A DNA stretch of 64,000 nt from an uncultured Bacillales bacterium (GCA_963728315.1 CAVSKA010000018.1:311421-375420), one strand, 5' to 3'. Numbered from the stretch's first letter, positions 1-11,586 are shown. Notes: generated by a model not told the origin, from the letters alone. A program made the numbers and translations.

Positions 1-1002
1 ATAAGTTTATTTTTTTATATTGTGTTCCTCCTTTATCCATTTTGGGGTCCTATTTTGGGAATCGTTCTTTTTGCAAGTTGCCCATTTCTTTTAGGGATCT
101 TGCTTGCTTATTTGTTACACCCGTTAGTTGAGTGGTTAACAGGCAAAAGCTTTCCACGTGTCTATGCTATTTTTTTATTGTATTTCTTATTCATTGGCGG
201 AGGATTATGGGCCATCTATGTTGTCGCTCCTTCATTTTTTAAACAGTTAGAAGACTTATCCACTCATATCAGTGATTTAATGAAGCATTATGATCAATTC
301 CTACGTGCTTTGCATAAAAAACTTGCTTTTTTACCTGAGCCATTACAAGAACGAATCGATTACCGCTTAAATCGATTTGAGAAATCCGTTTCTGTGCGTA
401 CAGAAGAAAGCTTTCTCCACTTAATGGAATGGGTAAGTAAGTGGTTTTTGCTTATTTTGTCGCCGATTATCTCTTTCTATTTGTTGAAACATCCAGAAAA
501 AGTGGTTCCCAGCCTTATGAAGATAATACCTAATCACCATGCTTCTCGATTTATATTTTTTTTAAAAGAGTTACACAGAACCTTTGGGGCATATATTAGA
601 GGCCAACTCCTAGTATGTGTCATGATTGGAACTTTTTCAGCTTTATTATTTTGGCTCTTTCATTTACCCTATTCATTACTCTTAGGTTTCTTGGTTGGAA
701 TCACAAATATTATTCCTTATTTTGGCGCAGTGATCGGAGCTGTACCGGTTGCTTTCATTGCCAGTATGATTTCGATTAAAATGATGATTATCACCATTTG
801 TGTAATGGTATTGATTCAATTTTTGGAAGGAAACCTTATTTCTCCTTATGTGGTAGGGAAATCAGTGCACTTACACCCTTTATGGATTTTAGCTGCTGTA
901 CTTGTAGGAGGAGAAATATTTGGTTTAGCGGGTTTATTGTTCGCGGTTCCTACATTGGTTGTCATCAAATGTTTTACAACTTCCTTTTTAAAGAAGGAAT
1001 AA
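1..1002 (+). CDS. AI-2E family transporter (PerM/YrrI-like permease), 5' end probably outside the window
   Basis: ORF 22..1002 (326 aa, GTG), and the same frame stays open back to nt 1. Polytopic membrane protein with the C-terminal LIQFLEGNLISPYVVGKSVHLHP block typical of AI-2E/PerM permeases. Sits directly upstream of alaS, like yrrI in B. subtilis. Confidence 0.8.
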   Translation: MSLFFYIVFLLYPFWGPILGIVLFASCPFLLGILLAYLLHPLVEWLTGKSFPRVYAIFLLYFLFIGGGLWAIYVVAPSFFKQLEDLSTHISDLMKHYDQFLRALHKKLAFLPEPLQERIDYRLNRFEKSVSVRTEESFLHLMEWVSKWFLLILSPIISFYLLKHPEKVVPSLMKIIPNHHASRFIFFLKELHRTFGAYIRGQLLVCVMIGTFSALLFWLFHLPYSLLLGFLVGITNIIPYFGAVIGAVPVAFIASMISIKMMIITICVMVLIQFLEGNLISPYVVGKSVHLHPLWILAAVLVGGEIFGLAGLLFAVPTLVVIKCFTTSFLKKE

Positions 1003-1103
1003 TTATAATCCAAATCTGTTGAATTTATTTTATCAATGGTGGGGGAACATCTTCCTTATCAACGAATTCTTCAAAATCGATGAGAGAAAAAGAAGAAGAT
1101 GGA

Positions 1104-1132
1104 TTGACAAAATCATTTCATCTTTTTATAAT
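1104..1132 (+). promoter_or_regulatory. sigma-A type promoter of the alaS leader
   Basis: TTGACA (1104-1109), 17-nt spacer, TATAAT (1127-1132). Both hexamers match the consensus perfectly. Confidence 0.7.
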
Positions 1133-1138
1133 CTGAAT

Positions 1139-1397
1139 AAGATCATACAAAACGAAGAAGGATCCAGTACGCTATTACTAATCTACATACATCCGTGTAT
1201 AAGAGAGGAATTCCCTTGGCTGAAAGGAATTCTAGATCAAAGAGTAGCAGAAAGCTAGTCCAGAGTGCAGTTAATTCCTGACGGTAGCCCCGTTATCGCT
1301 AATTGAGTGGTGAATGTAGTCTTTATGACTTTCATAACCAGGGTGGTACCGCGAGTTAGCTCTCGTCCCTGTTTTATTTGGGGATGAGGGCTTTTTT
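1139..1397 (+). promoter_or_regulatory. T-box leader (tRNA-Ala sensing transcription attenuator) of alaS
   Basis: Conserved T-box core ccagggtggtaccgcgag at 1338-1355. Candidate specifier GCU at 1254-1256 in a gaaaGCUa loop context. Terminator ctcgtccc...gggatgag plus T-run at 1362-1397, immediately before alaS. Confidence 0.85.
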
Positions 1398-1453
1398 ATG
1401 TGTTTAAAAAGACCATGTATCTAAAAAAGCATGACTTATCTGGAGGGATAACC

Positions 1454-4094
1454 TTGAAAAAATTAACGTCAGCAGAAGTGCGCCAAATGTTCTTAGACTT
1501 TTTTAAAGAAAAAAACCATTTACTTGAGCCTAGTGCATCACTTGTTCCTCATGAAGATCCATCTTTACTTTGGATTAATAGTGGAGTAGCAACACTAAAA
1601 AAATACTTTGATGGGCGAGTCGTGCCAGAAAATCCTCGTCTCGTAAATGCCCAAAAATCGATTCGTACAAATGATATTGAAAATGTAGGGAAAACGGCAA
1701 GACACCACACGTTCTTTGAAATGCTAGGGAATTTCTCGATTGGTGAGTATTTTAAAGAAGAAGCGATTAAATGGGCTTGGGAATTTTTAACAGATTCAAA
1801 ATGGATTGGGTTTGATCCAGAAAAATTATCAGTTACGATTCACCCCGAAGATCAAGAAGCTTTCGAACTTTGGCATCATCAGGTAGGGTTGCCGGACGAA
1901 CGAATTATTCGTTTAGAAGGGAATTTTTGGGATATAGGGGAAGGTCCAAGCGGTCCAAACACTGAAATATTTTATGATCGTGGTGAAGCATACGGTAATG
2001 ATCTAACGGATCCAGAATTATATCCTGGTGGAGAAAACGATCGATACTTAGAAATCTGGAATCTTGTCTTTTCCCAATTTAATCACAACCCAGATGGTAC
2101 CTATACTCCACTTCCTAACAAGAATATAGACACGGGAATGGGATTAGAAAGAATGGTGTGTGTAATTCAAGAAGTACCAACAAACTTTGATACAGATTTA
2201 TTCATGCCAATCATACACGCAACTGAAAAACAAGCAGATCAAAAGTATGGTAATCATCCGGAAAAAGATGAGGCTTTCAAAGTCATTGCGGATCATGTTC
2301 GAACCGTAAGTTTTGCTGTTGGAGATGGTGCACTACCTTCAAATGAAGGTAGAGGATATGTGCTTAGAAGATTACTTCGGAGAGCTGTTAGATACGCAAA
2401 AAAATTAGGAATACAACGTCCTTTTATGTTTGAATTAGTGCCTGTGGTCGCTGAAATCATGGTTGACTTTTATCCAGAAGTCACTCAAAAAACGGATTTT
2501 ATTCAACGCGTGATGAAAAATGAAGAAGAACGTTTCCACGAAACATTAAATGAAGGATTATCTATTTTAAATGCAATGATGTCTGATGCAAAAAAAACCG
2601 GAACCGACACTCTTTCTGGAAAAGATGTATTTAGATTATACGATACGTTCGGTTTCCCTGTTGAGTTAACAGAAGAATATGCACAAGAGGAAGGTTTATT
2701 AATTGATGAAGCAGGTTTTCAGCATGAAATGAACCAACAGCGTGATAGAGCTCGAGCAGCAAGAGCAGATATCGATTCCATGCAAATTCAAAGTGGTGTA
2801 TTATCTGATTTGAAAGTAGCCAGTTCTTTCATTGGATACGAGGCTTTGAAGAACGAAAGCGAAATGGTTGCGCTCATTCGTAATGGGGAATTACAATCTC
2901 AAGCGGTTGCAGGTGATGAAATTCAATTTATGCTAAAAGAGACACCGTTTTACGCTGAGTCTGGTGGCCAAATTGGAGACCGTGGTGTCGTGAAAAATGA
3001 CATGGGTACCATCCGAGTGATGAGTGTACAAAAAGCACCGAATGGACAAAATCTTCATTATGGAACAGTAGAAGAAGGCATCGTTGAAAATAATATGCAA
3101 GTAGTGGCAGAAGTTGATTCTTCTTTACGTACAAAGACAATTAAAAATCATACGGCTACGCATCTTCTACATCAAGCATTAAAGGATGTTTTAGGAACGC
3201 ACGTAAATCAAGCAGGATCATTAGTAGGTCCTGATAGACTGCGCTTTGATTTCTCACATTTTGGTCAAGTGCAAGTAGATGAATTAGAGAAGAATTGAAG
3301 AAATCGTAAACCAAAAAATTTGGGACAGCTTGGACGTTACCATTACAAACCAATCGATCGATGATGCAAAAAAAATGGGTGCGATGGCACTTTTTGGTGA
3401 GAAATATGGAAAAATCGTTCGTGTTGTCGCTGTCGATCAATATAGTTTAGAACTTTGCGGTGGGTGTCACGTTTCAAACACCTCTACAATTGGGTTATTC
3501 CGTATCGTTTCTGAATCAGGAATTGGAGCAGGTACCCGTAGAATCGAAGCTGTAACGGGCGAAGGAGCGTACCGATTATTAAATAATCAAATGACGATCT
3601 TAAAAGATGCTGCTTCAACACTCAAAACGAGCACAAAAGAAGTGGTCAATCGCATTGAACAACTTCAGCACGATCTAAAAGAGCAACAACGAGAAGTTGA
3701 ATCGTTAGCAGGTAAGCTGTCACATATCGAAGCTGGATCGATCATGGATCAAGTCAAAGAAGTAGATGGAGTAAACCTTCTTTCAGCTCGCGTACAAAAC
3801 ATGGACATGAATCAGTTACGAACAATGGCTGATGATTTGAAAGAAAAAATGGAGTCTGGCGTGCTTGTACTTGCATCCGTTCAAGGAGAAAAAGTAAACT
3901 TGATCTCAGCTGTAACAAAAGACTTAATTGATCAAGGGTACCATGCCGGGAAGTTAATTAAAGAAGTAGCTGGCCGTTGTGGTGGCGGTGGCGGTGGTAG
4001 ACCGGATATGGCGCAAGCTGGTGGGAAAGATCCATCAAAGGTAGACAGTGCGCTTCAATTTGTAGAAGAATGGATGAAATCTGTTTCAATTTAG
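1454..4094 (+). pseudogene. alaS: alanine--tRNA ligase, split as sequenced by one extra base near 3290-3294
   Basis: ORFs 1400..3298 and 3330..4094 together cover a full AlaRS. Likely start is TTG 1454 after GGAGGG ([22 protein letters not shown]). The first frame ends ...[12 protein letters not shown]-stop, and the next frame continues [17 protein letters not shown]...[12 protein letters not shown] from 3294. Confidence 0.9.
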
Positions 4095-4160
4095 TGTACA
4101 ATGGTGATAATGAAAATCTAGACATTCTGTGAATGATTTGCCTTAAGTGAGGTGTTGGGA

Positions 4161-4427
4161 ATGAGCTCATTCGATAAGACGATGAAATTTGATTTTCATG
4201 ACGAACCATTCGAGCAAAACGTGAAAGCGGTATTGCTTCAAGTTCATGAAGCGTTACAAGAGAAAGGCTATAATCCGAATAATCAAATTGTCGGATATTT
4301 ACTTTCTGGAGATCCTGCCTACATTCCACGTCACAAAGATGCTCGTAATTTGATTAGGAAATTAGAAAGAGACGAAATCATCGAAGAACTAGTAAAGTCC
4401 TATCTTTCACAGCACGGAGAGGAATAA
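4161..4427 (+). CDS. yrzL: IreB/UPF0297 family protein (YrzL-like)
   Basis: ORF 4152..4427 with ATG at 4161. The 88-aa product has [28 protein letters not shown], typical of UPF0297. Position matches B. subtilis. Confidence 0.88.
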   Translation: MSSFDKTMKFDFHDEPFEQNVKAVLLQVHEALQEKGYNPNNQIVGYLLSGDPAYIPRHKDARNLIRKLERDEIIEELVKSYLSQHGEE

Positions 4428-4432
4428 GCATC

Positions 4433-4849
4433 ATGAGAATGATGGGATTAGATGTTGGCTCGAAAACAGTTGGGGTAGCAGTAAGTGACTTGTTCGGTTG
4501 GACCGCTCAAGGAATTGAAACGATCACAATTGATGAAGCAAATCACCAATTTGGATTGAAACGTATCCAAGAATTAGTGAAAGAATACGAAGTAAGCGGG
4601 TTCGTCGTTGGGCATCCCAAAAATATGAATAATACAATCGGTCCTCGTGCTGAGGCTTCTGAAGCCTACGCTGCCCGGTTAAAAAAGAAATTTAATTTAC
4701 CCGTTGTCATGTGGGACGAGCGCTTGACAACCATGGCAGCAGAGCGTGTGTTAATTGACGCGGATATGAGCCGAAAAAAAAGAAAGAAAGTCATTGATAA
4801 AATGGCTGCTTCGATGATTTTACAAGGCTACTTAGATAGCCAGAAATAA
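4433..4849 (+). CDS. ruvX: putative pre-16S rRNA nuclease / Holliday junction resolvase-like YqgF family
   Basis: 138 aa starting [19 protein letters not shown], the YqgF/RuvX N-terminal motif. Position matches yrrK. Confidence 0.9.
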   Translation: MRMMGLDVGSKTVGVAVSDLFGWTAQGIETITIDEANHQFGLKRIQELVKEYEVSGFVVGHPKNMNNTIGPRAEASEAYAARLKKKFNLPVVMWDERLTTMAAERVLIDADMSRKKRKKVIDKMAASMILQGYLDSQK

Positions 4850-4862
4850 TGAGGTGAATCAA

Positions 4863-5156
4863 ATGGAACACGGTGAAAAGCAAATTACAGTAATTGATGA
4901 TGAAGGCAATGAACAGTTATGTGAAGTATTATTCACATTTGAATCCGAAGAATTTAAAAAGTCGTATGTTCTTTACTATCCGGTAGGAGCAGAAGAAGAC
5001 GATGAAGAAGAAATTGAAATTCATGCATCTTCTTTTGATTCTGAAAAAGAAGGTCCAGATGGAGAACTTCAACCGATTGAAACAGAAGAAGAGTGGGATA
5101 TGATCGAAGAAATGCTTGCTACATTTTTAGACGATGAAGAAGCTGAAGAAGAATAA
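4863..5156 (+). CDS. yrzB: DUF1292 family acidic protein (YrzB-like)
   Basis: ORF 4854..5156 with ATG 4863 after GAGGTG. Highly acidic small protein in the yrzB position. Confidence 0.75.
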   Translation: MEHGEKQITVIDDEGNEQLCEVLFTFESEEFKKSYVLYYPVGAEEDDEEEIEIHASSFDSEKEGPDGELQPIETEEEWDMIEEMLATFLDDEEAEEE

Positions 5157-5174
5157 TAATCTAGAATGAATCAT

Positions 5175-5223
5175 GAGGGACAGAGGCAAAGGAGAAAATC
5201 CTAAGCCACTGTCCCTCTTTTTA
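5175..5223 (+). terminator. intrinsic terminator after yrzB
   Basis: gagggacag (5175-5183) pairs with ctgtccctc (5209-5217) and is followed by ttttt. Confidence 0.7.
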
Positions 5224-5299
5224 TGGACTTTCGTGTATAATAGGAACAATGTCATAGACAATAGAGAATATGCGCATGGTTTAATTGGAGGGATATAGT

Positions 5300-6434
5300 A
5301 TGAAAAGGATTGATCCTCATTCACCAAACATGGACAAATGGGTCACTCAAAAAGAAGAGGCACGTACAATAAGGAAAATTGTCTTCAGAATTGTCGCAGC
5401 ACTAATAGTCATCTTGTTTGCAATTGGTATTGGAGGCTATTTTTATATTCAACAGTCATTAAAGCCTGTAGATGCTCATGACACTCAAACACAAAAAATT
5501 GAAATTCCAATCGGATCAAGTGCTTCTGATATTGGTCAAATATTAGAAAATAAAGAGATTATTAAAAGTGCAATGGTTTTTCGTTATTATGTTAAATTCA
5601 ATAATGAGTCAGGCTTTCAAGCCGGAACCTATCGACTGGCCCCTTCGATGAGGATGAATAAGATTGTGAAAACATTAAAAACGGGCAAGGTCATCCTCGA
5701 CGGAAAAGTGAAATTCACCATCCCCGAAGGTAATCAAATTCAAGAAATAGCAGAAATAATCGCTGGTAAAACAACCTACAAAAAAGAAGAAATTATCGCA
5801 AAAATAAATAGCCAATCTTTTATTGATAAAATGATGAAAAAGTATCCAACCCTTTTAACAAAAGAGATAGAAAGGAAAGGAAATTAAGTATCCCTTAGAA
5901 GGTTATCTCTACCCAGCCACTTATAGCTTTAATGATGAAAAGCCAAGTATTGAACAAATGGCTGAAAAAATGATCGAAAAAAGTAATCAAGTCATCTTAT
6001 CTAGAGTGGATAAAATAAACGCCAAAAAAATGTCAATTCATCAACTTATGACGATGTCCAGTCTGATTGAAGAAGAGGCAAATGCAAAAGCGGATCGCAA
6101 GAAAATTGCTAGTGTTTTTTATAATCGAATAGATGAAAATATGCCATTGCAAACAGATCCAACTGTCTTATATGCACAAGGAAAACATAAATCAAGAGTG
6201 TATGAAAAGGATTTATCGTTCGTCTCTCCCTACAATACTTACAAAAATAAAGGTCTTCCACCAGGTCCGATTGCAAATGTTAGTGAATCATCAATCGATG
6301 CAGCACTTGAACCAGATAAGACTGATTTTTTATATTTTTTAGCTTCAAAACAAGGAGACATTTATTATTCAAAGACATTAAACGAACATAATGAAAAAGT
6401 GGAAAAGTATATTACGAATCCGAAGAATCAATAA
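5300..6434 (+). pseudogene. mltG: endolytic murein transglycosylase MltG (YceG/YrrL family), split as sequenced near 5871-5885
   Basis: ORFs 5285..5887 and 5958..6434. ATG 5300 follows GGAGGG. The second frame is open from 5871 and reads KGKEIKYPLEGYLYPATY, the YceG signature, so the two pieces form one gene once one base is removed. Confidence 0.85.
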
Positions 6435-6671
6435 TGATGAAAAAAGAGAATTAGTCGCATTATGACAATGGTTATGATAAAATGGAAAAAGAATTTTTAG
6501 AAGCGTTATTCGCATTTATTTCTCGGTCTTACAACTTGAGAGATAAATGCTAGGAAACGCTCTTTTTTCATGCATAAATGAGTTGAATTCATGATAAACG
6601 ACAAATCGTATATGCAATAATAAAACAGACGATACCGATCACTTTCACGATTTAAAGAAAGAGGCGTTTCT

Positions 6672-7331
6672 ATGAAAGACGAAATCCAAAAATATTTAAC
6701 TGCTCTATTACCGGAGAGTTCAGACCTCTTTAAAGAGATGGAAAAATACGCACTAGACCATTCTGTTCCCATTATGGAGCCTTTAGGTATTCAAACATTG
6801 TTACACTTTTTAATGATTCAAAAGCCTAAAAAAATATTGGAGATTGGTACAGCTATCGGTTATTCTGCGTTAAAAATGGCCACTGCTTTACCTGATTGTG
6901 AAGTAATCACATTAGAGCGTGATCGTGTACGATTAAGTGAAGCGATCGAATTTTTAAAACGTTCCAACTCTGGTAATCAGATTACCTTGATTGAAGGAGA
7001 TGCTTTGGAACTTGAAAATGAAGTGATGAAACACGCTCCCTTTGATGCTATCTTTATTGATGCTGCAAAAGGGCAATATCGAAAATTCTTTGAACTGTAT
7101 ACACCATTTTTATCAGAACAAGGAATTGTGTACTCCGATAACGTTTTATTTAAAGGCTTAGTAGCGGTTAAAGATCATGAGAAAACAAGAGGGATGAAGA
7201 TTGCTGAAAAGCTCAATCATTACAACGAGTGGTTACTACAACATCCAAACTATAAAACGATTATTTTAGATAGTGGGGATGGACTTGCTGTCAGTTTAAA
7301 AGAAAGCAGGGAAATTGAAAATGAAGCCTGA
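6672..7331 (+). CDS. yrrM: SAM-dependent O-methyltransferase, YrrM/TrmR-like
   Basis: 219 aa with the class I methyltransferase fold motif ILEIGTAIGYSAL. First gene of a yrrM-yrrN-yrrO arrangement. Confidence 0.85.
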   Translation: MKDEIQKYLTALLPESSDLFKEMEKYALDHSVPIMEPLGIQTLLHFLMIQKPKKILEIGTAIGYSALKMATALPDCEVITLERDRVRLSEAIEFLKRSNSGNQITLIEGDALELENEVMKHAPFDAIFIDAAKGQYRKFFELYTPFLSEQGIVYSDNVLFKGLVAVKDHEKTRGMKIAEKLNHYNEWLLQHPNYKTIILDSGDGLAVSLKESREIENEA

Positions 7332-8247
7332 GTTACTTGTCACGCCCTCTTCCGTTGAAAATAGTTACGAATTATTAGAAATTGGAGCAGATGCAGTCGT
7401 AATAGGTGAACAAAAATTTGGTTTAAGACTTGCAGGAGAATTTAAACGAGCTGACGTTGAATCAGTAATAAAATATGCTCATTCCTTAGGGAAAAAAGTG
7501 TACGTTTCAATGAACGCGATTTTTCATAATGATAAAATAGATGAAATAAGAGAATATTTAACATTCTTAAATGAACTAAAACCAGACGCAATTATTTTTG
7601 GCGATCCTGCAGTTTTAATGATCTCAAGAGAAGTAGCTCCTAACATTCCATTACATTGGAATACGGAAACAACTTCAACCAATTGGTTTACTTGTAATTA
7701 TTGGGGAAGTAAGGGAGCTAAGCGAGCTGTATTGGCAAGAGAGATCAATATGGATGCCGTTATTGAAACGAAAGAAATGGCAAAAGTTGAAATAGAGGTT
7801 CAAGTGCATGGAATGACATGCATGTTTCAGTCAAAGCGAAATTTATTAGGGAACTATTTCGAATACCGTGGAAAATCGATGATGATCGAAAACCAAACCG
7901 AAAAGAAGAATATGTTATTATACGACGATGAACGAAATAATAAATACCCTATTTTTGAAGATGAAAATGGTACACATATTATGAGCCCTAATGATATGTG
8001 CATCATCGATGAACTGCAAGAGTTAATTGATGCAGGTGTGGACTCTTTTAAAATTGACGGTGTTTTACAACCAGACTCGTATGTGAAACAAGTAACTGCC
8101 TTCTATCGTCAAGCGATTGATTTAGCAGTTGAACATGAAGATGAGTACGAATTGAATAAAAGTGAGTTGTTGAGAAAGATTCAAGATATTCAACCGAAAC
8201 ATCGACCGTTGGATACAGGATTCTTTTTTAAAGAAACCGTTTATTAA
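7321..8247 (+). CDS. yrrN: peptidase U32 family protein (YrrN-like)
   Basis: ORF 7315..8247 with ATG at 7321. Collagenase-like U32 family sequence in the yrrN position. Confidence 0.85.
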   Translation: MKPELLVTPSSVENSYELLEIGADAVVIGEQKFGLRLAGEFKRADVESVIKYAHSLGKKVYVSMNAIFHNDKIDEIREYLTFLNELKPDAIIFGDPAVLMISREVAPNIPLHWNTETTSTNWFTCNYWGSKGAKRAVLAREINMDAVIETKEMAKVEIEVQVHGMTCMFQSKRNLLGNYFEYRGKSMMIENQTEKKNMLLYDDERNNKYPIFEDENGTHIMSPNDMCIIDELQELIDAGVDSFKIDGVLQPDSYVKQVTAFYRQAIDLAVEHEDEYELNKSELLRKIQDIQPKHRPLDTGFFFKETVY

Positions 8248-8263
8248 GTAGGAGGTAGGATGG

Positions 8264-9512
8264 GTGACTGCAATAGTTAGAAAGAAGATCTCTAATATTG
8301 TAAATGGAAAACGAGTCATTACAAAAAAACCTGAGCTTCTTGCACCTGCCGGCGATCTCGAGAAATTGAAAATTGCGGTTCATTACGGGGCAGATGCAGT
8401 TTATATAGGTGGTCAAGAATATGGTTTGCGTTCAAATGCTGGAAACTTTACGCATGAGCAGATGAAAGAAGGCGTTGAATTTGCAAACCGTTATGGCGCA
8501 AAAATTTATGTGACAACGAATATTTATGCTCATAACGAAAATATCGAGGGATTAGAAGACTATTTAGCAGGTCTTCAATCAGCTGGAGTAACAGGGATTA
8601 TTGTGGCCGACCCTTTAATTATTGAAACGTGTAAGAGAGTAGCACCTAAGGTTGAAATTCACTTAAGTACTCAGCAGTCCTTAACAAATTGGAAAGCTGT
8701 ACAATATTGGAAAGAAGAAGGTCTTAATCGGGTCGTTCTTGCACGTGAGACAAGTGGCGAAGAAATTAGAGAAATGAAAGAGAAAGTGGATATAGAAATC
8801 GAAACCTTTATCCATGGAGCAATGTGCATCGCGTATTCAGGAAGATGTGTTCTAAGTAATCATATGACAGCACGTGACTCAAATCGAGGCGGCTGTTGTC
8901 AATCATGTCGTTGGGATTACGATCTTTTTGATCATCAAAATGAAGAAGAAGTTCCTCAATTTAATGAAGATGACGCACCTTTTGCAATGAGCCCAAAAGA
9001 CTTAAAACTTGTTGAATCGATTCCGAAAATGATCGAATTAGGTATTGATAGTTTAAAGATTGAAGGCAGAATGAAGTCAATCCATTATGTAGCGACTGTT
9101 GTAAGTGTTTACCGTAAAGTCATCGATGCATATTGTATGGACACAGAAAATTTCGAAATTAAAAAAGAATGGTTAGAGGAACTAGACAAATGTGCGAACA
9201 GAGAAACGGCTACGGCTTTCTTTGAAGGTACACCAGGCTTTGAAGAGCAAATGTTTGGTGAGCATGGAAAGAAACCAAAATTTGATTTTGCAGGACTAGT
9301 TTTGAGCTATGACCATAGAAATGAAAATCGTGACTCTTCAGCAACGAAATTATTTTAAGCCTGGAGATATCATCGAGTTTTTCGGTCCGGAAATCGAACG
9401 ATTTTCACAAGAAGTGGGTACCATTTGGGATGAACGCGGGAATGAACTAGATGTGGCAAAGCATCCACTTCAGACGATAAAATTTAAAGTAGAATCGCCC
9501 CCTTTACCCTAA
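8264..9512 (+). pseudogene. yrrO: peptidase U32 family protein (YrrO-like), split as sequenced near 9311-9320
   Basis: ORFs 8264..9358 and 9309..9512. GTG 8264 lies 8 nt after GGAGG. The first frame reads ...GLVLSYDHRN and the second reads IEMKIVTLQQRNYFKPGDIIEF, the U32 C-terminal domain. Confidence 0.85.
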
Positions 9513-9533
9513 TAATATGATGAGAAAGGGGAA

Positions 9534-10178
9534 ATGAAAATGATGAAAAAAAAACCCGTGGTTATTGGGGTAACTGGTGGTTCAGGATCAGGTAAAACGA
9601 GTGTAACAAAGGCGATCTATGACCAATTCAAAGGTCATTCAATCATGATGTTAGAGCAAGATTATTATTACAAAGATCAAAGCCATCTTCCCTTTGAAGA
9701 ACGTTTGAAAACGAATTATGACCATCCTTTAGCTTTTGATAATGATTTGTTGATTGATCATTTAACAAAGCTTTCTCAATATGAATCAATTGAAAAGCCG
9801 ATTTACGATTATAAAATGCATACAAGAGCCCAGGAAACGATACACGTTGAACCGAAAGAAGTTATTATTCTTGAAGGGATTCTAGTATTAGAAGATGAGC
9901 GGTTACGCAGCTTAATGGATATGAAGCTGTATGTAGATACAGATGGCGATTTACGGATCATTCGCCGCCTTATCCGTGATATTAATGAAAGAGGACGTTC
10001 CATGGATTCTGTCATCGAGCAATATGTGAATGTCGTAAGACCCATGCATAATCAGTTTATTGAACCGACTAAACGCTATGCAGATGTGATCATCCCTGAA
10101 GGTGGTCATAACCATGTTGCAATCGACCTTATGGCAACAAAAATAAAAACGATTCTTGAACTTAAGTCTTTTTTGTAA
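9534..10178 (+). CDS. udk: uridine kinase
   Basis: 214 aa with P-loop [14 protein letters not shown] and the uridine kinase family body. Confidence 0.95.
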   Translation: MKMMKKKPVVIGVTGGSGSGKTSVTKAIYDQFKGHSIMMLEQDYYYKDQSHLPFEERLKTNYDHPLAFDNDLLIDHLTKLSQYESIEKPIYDYKMHTRAQETIHVEPKEVIILEGILVLEDERLRSLMDMKLYVDTDGDLRIIRRLIRDINERGRSMDSVIEQYVNVVRPMHNQFIEPTKRYADVIIPEGGHNHVAIDLMATKIKTILELKSFL

Positions 10179-10302
10179 TACGATAGCATAGATCATATAT
10201 AGCTTGAAAATTATGGGTGGATTGTAAAAGTACACTACTTGTTAACAAATGCAACGTCGGGTTCTTTATGAGGATCTGTAATAGATGAAGGAGTGAAACC
10301 AT

Positions 10303-10779
10303 TTGGCAATCGAAAAAGAATTTCCAATGACAAACGAAGGTAAAGAAAAGCTTGAAAACGAGCTGGATTACTTAAAAGCAGTAAAGAGAAAAGAAGTAGT
10401 AGAACGAATTAAAATTGCACGTAGTTTTGGCGATCTTTCAGAGAACTCTGAGTATGATTCTGCAAAAGAAGAACAAGCATTTGTTGAAGGGAGAATTACG
10501 ACCCTTGAAAATATGATCCGTAATGCGAAAATCATTGTCGAAGACAAAAGTAATGCGGACGTTGTTTCTTTAGGTAAAACCGTTACATTTATGGAACTTC
10601 CAAATGGAGATGAAGAAACGTATATAGTTGTAGGAAGCGCGGAAGCTGATCCATTTGAAGGTAAGATTTCAAATGACTCGCCAATTGCGAGAAGTCTAAT
10701 GGGTCACAAAGTTGGAGCTAAATTGTCTGTTCAAACACCGGGTGGAGAAATGACTGTAAAAATTACATCTGTTAAATAA
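10303..10779 (+). CDS. greA: transcription elongation factor GreA
   Basis: 158 aa, TTG start after GAAGGAG. Contains [36 protein letters not shown], near-identical to Bacillus GreA. Confidence 0.95.
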   Translation: MAIEKEFPMTNEGKEKLENELDYLKAVKRKEVVERIKIARSFGDLSENSEYDSAKEEQAFVEGRITTLENMIRNAKIIVEDKSNADVVSLGKTVTFMELPNGDEETYIVVGSAEADPFEGKISNDSPIARSLMGHKVGAKLSVQTPGGEMTVKITSVK

Positions 10780-10783
10780 ATGC

Positions 10784-10819
10784 AAAAACAGAGGGCTATT
10801 GAAATCCCTCTGTTTTTTT
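10784..10819 (+). terminator. intrinsic terminator after greA
   Basis: cagaggg (10789-10795) pairs with ccctctg (10806-10812), followed by ttttttt. Confidence 0.8.
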
Positions 10820-10890
10820 GTTATAAATGAAAGAAACTCCCCATTCTCTTTAATAAATAGACAGAGATGAGAGAGGACTTGGAGGATATT

Positions 10891-11580
10891 ATGGCGGAAA
10901 ATGATCGTTATTCTCGCTTTCAACAAAAAGCGAAAAGAAAAAAAACAAATGTAATTTTGAATGCACTAATTGGGATCGTCGTACTCCTAATTGTCATTGT
11001 AGGTGCTGCTATTTTTATGAACAACAGCCCTAAGGATCAGGCAAATCAAGACCTATCTTCACAAAGTAACAATAAAGATTCAGATAAGTCTTCAACTCAT
11101 TCAAAGTCTGAGTCTGGTACAAAAGAAAAAGACAAAAAAGATACTCCTAAAGAAAGTAAAGAAAAAACAAAAGAAGAGCAAGAGGATACGAGTAAACAAG
11201 AAGACAGTTCAAAAGATGAAACCATTAAAAGCAAAGATGCAGTGGTGTCAGAAGGAACTGAACCCAATGTTGATCAAACAATTGATAACCCAAACTGGAA
11301 GCCTGTAGGAACGACTCAATCCGGTGAACATGTTTCTTCTTATGATGAATCAACACAGGACTGGAAAGAAAAAATTAAAGCAATTACTTATGCAACTGGT
11401 TTGACTGAAGATCAAATGACGCTCTGGTTCATGGAAAATGGAGGCGGTCCTGATAAATCAATCGCAACGGTTACTTCAAAAGATCAATCTCAAATTTATC
11501 GTGTCTATTTGCGATGGGAAGACGGCAAAGGGTGGAAACCGAGTCGGGTTGACCGATTAAAGGAAAATGATAAACGTTAA
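10891..11580 (+). CDS. yrrS: DUF1510 membrane protein (YrrS-like) with Lys/Ser/Asp/Glu-rich linker
   Basis: ORF 10867..11580 with ATG 10891 after GGAGGA. N-terminal TM helix, low-complexity linker and a conserved C-terminal domain (YRVYLRWEDGKGWKP). Confidence 0.7.
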   Translation: MAENDRYSRFQQKAKRKKTNVILNALIGIVVLLIVIVGAAIFMNNSPKDQANQDLSSQSNNKDSDKSSTHSKSESGTKEKDKKDTPKESKEKTKEEQEDTSKQEDSSKDETIKSKDAVVSEGTEPNVDQTIDNPNWKPVGTTQSGEHVSSYDESTQDWKEKIKAITYATGLTEDQMTLWFMENGGGPDKSIATVTSKDQSQIYRVYLRWEDGKGWKPSRVDRLKENDKR

Positions 11581-11586
11581 CAACCA

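Noticed and set aside
1019-1258. 79-aa plus-strand ORF between yrrI and alaS
   Set aside because: It lies across the alaS promoter and T-box stem I, has no RBS, and the region is explained by the leader RNA.
3281-3300. Programmed +1 ribosomal frameshifting as the explanation for the split genes
   Set aside because: Six unrelated genes with no shared slippery or stimulatory motif at the junctions make this unlikely. Insertion errors explain them more simply.
6506-6772. 88-aa minus-strand ORF in the mltG-yrrM spacer (including a possible 21-aa MKKERFLAFISQVVRPRNKCE)
   Set aside because: It overlaps the yrrM start, and I see no RBS or conservation evidence.
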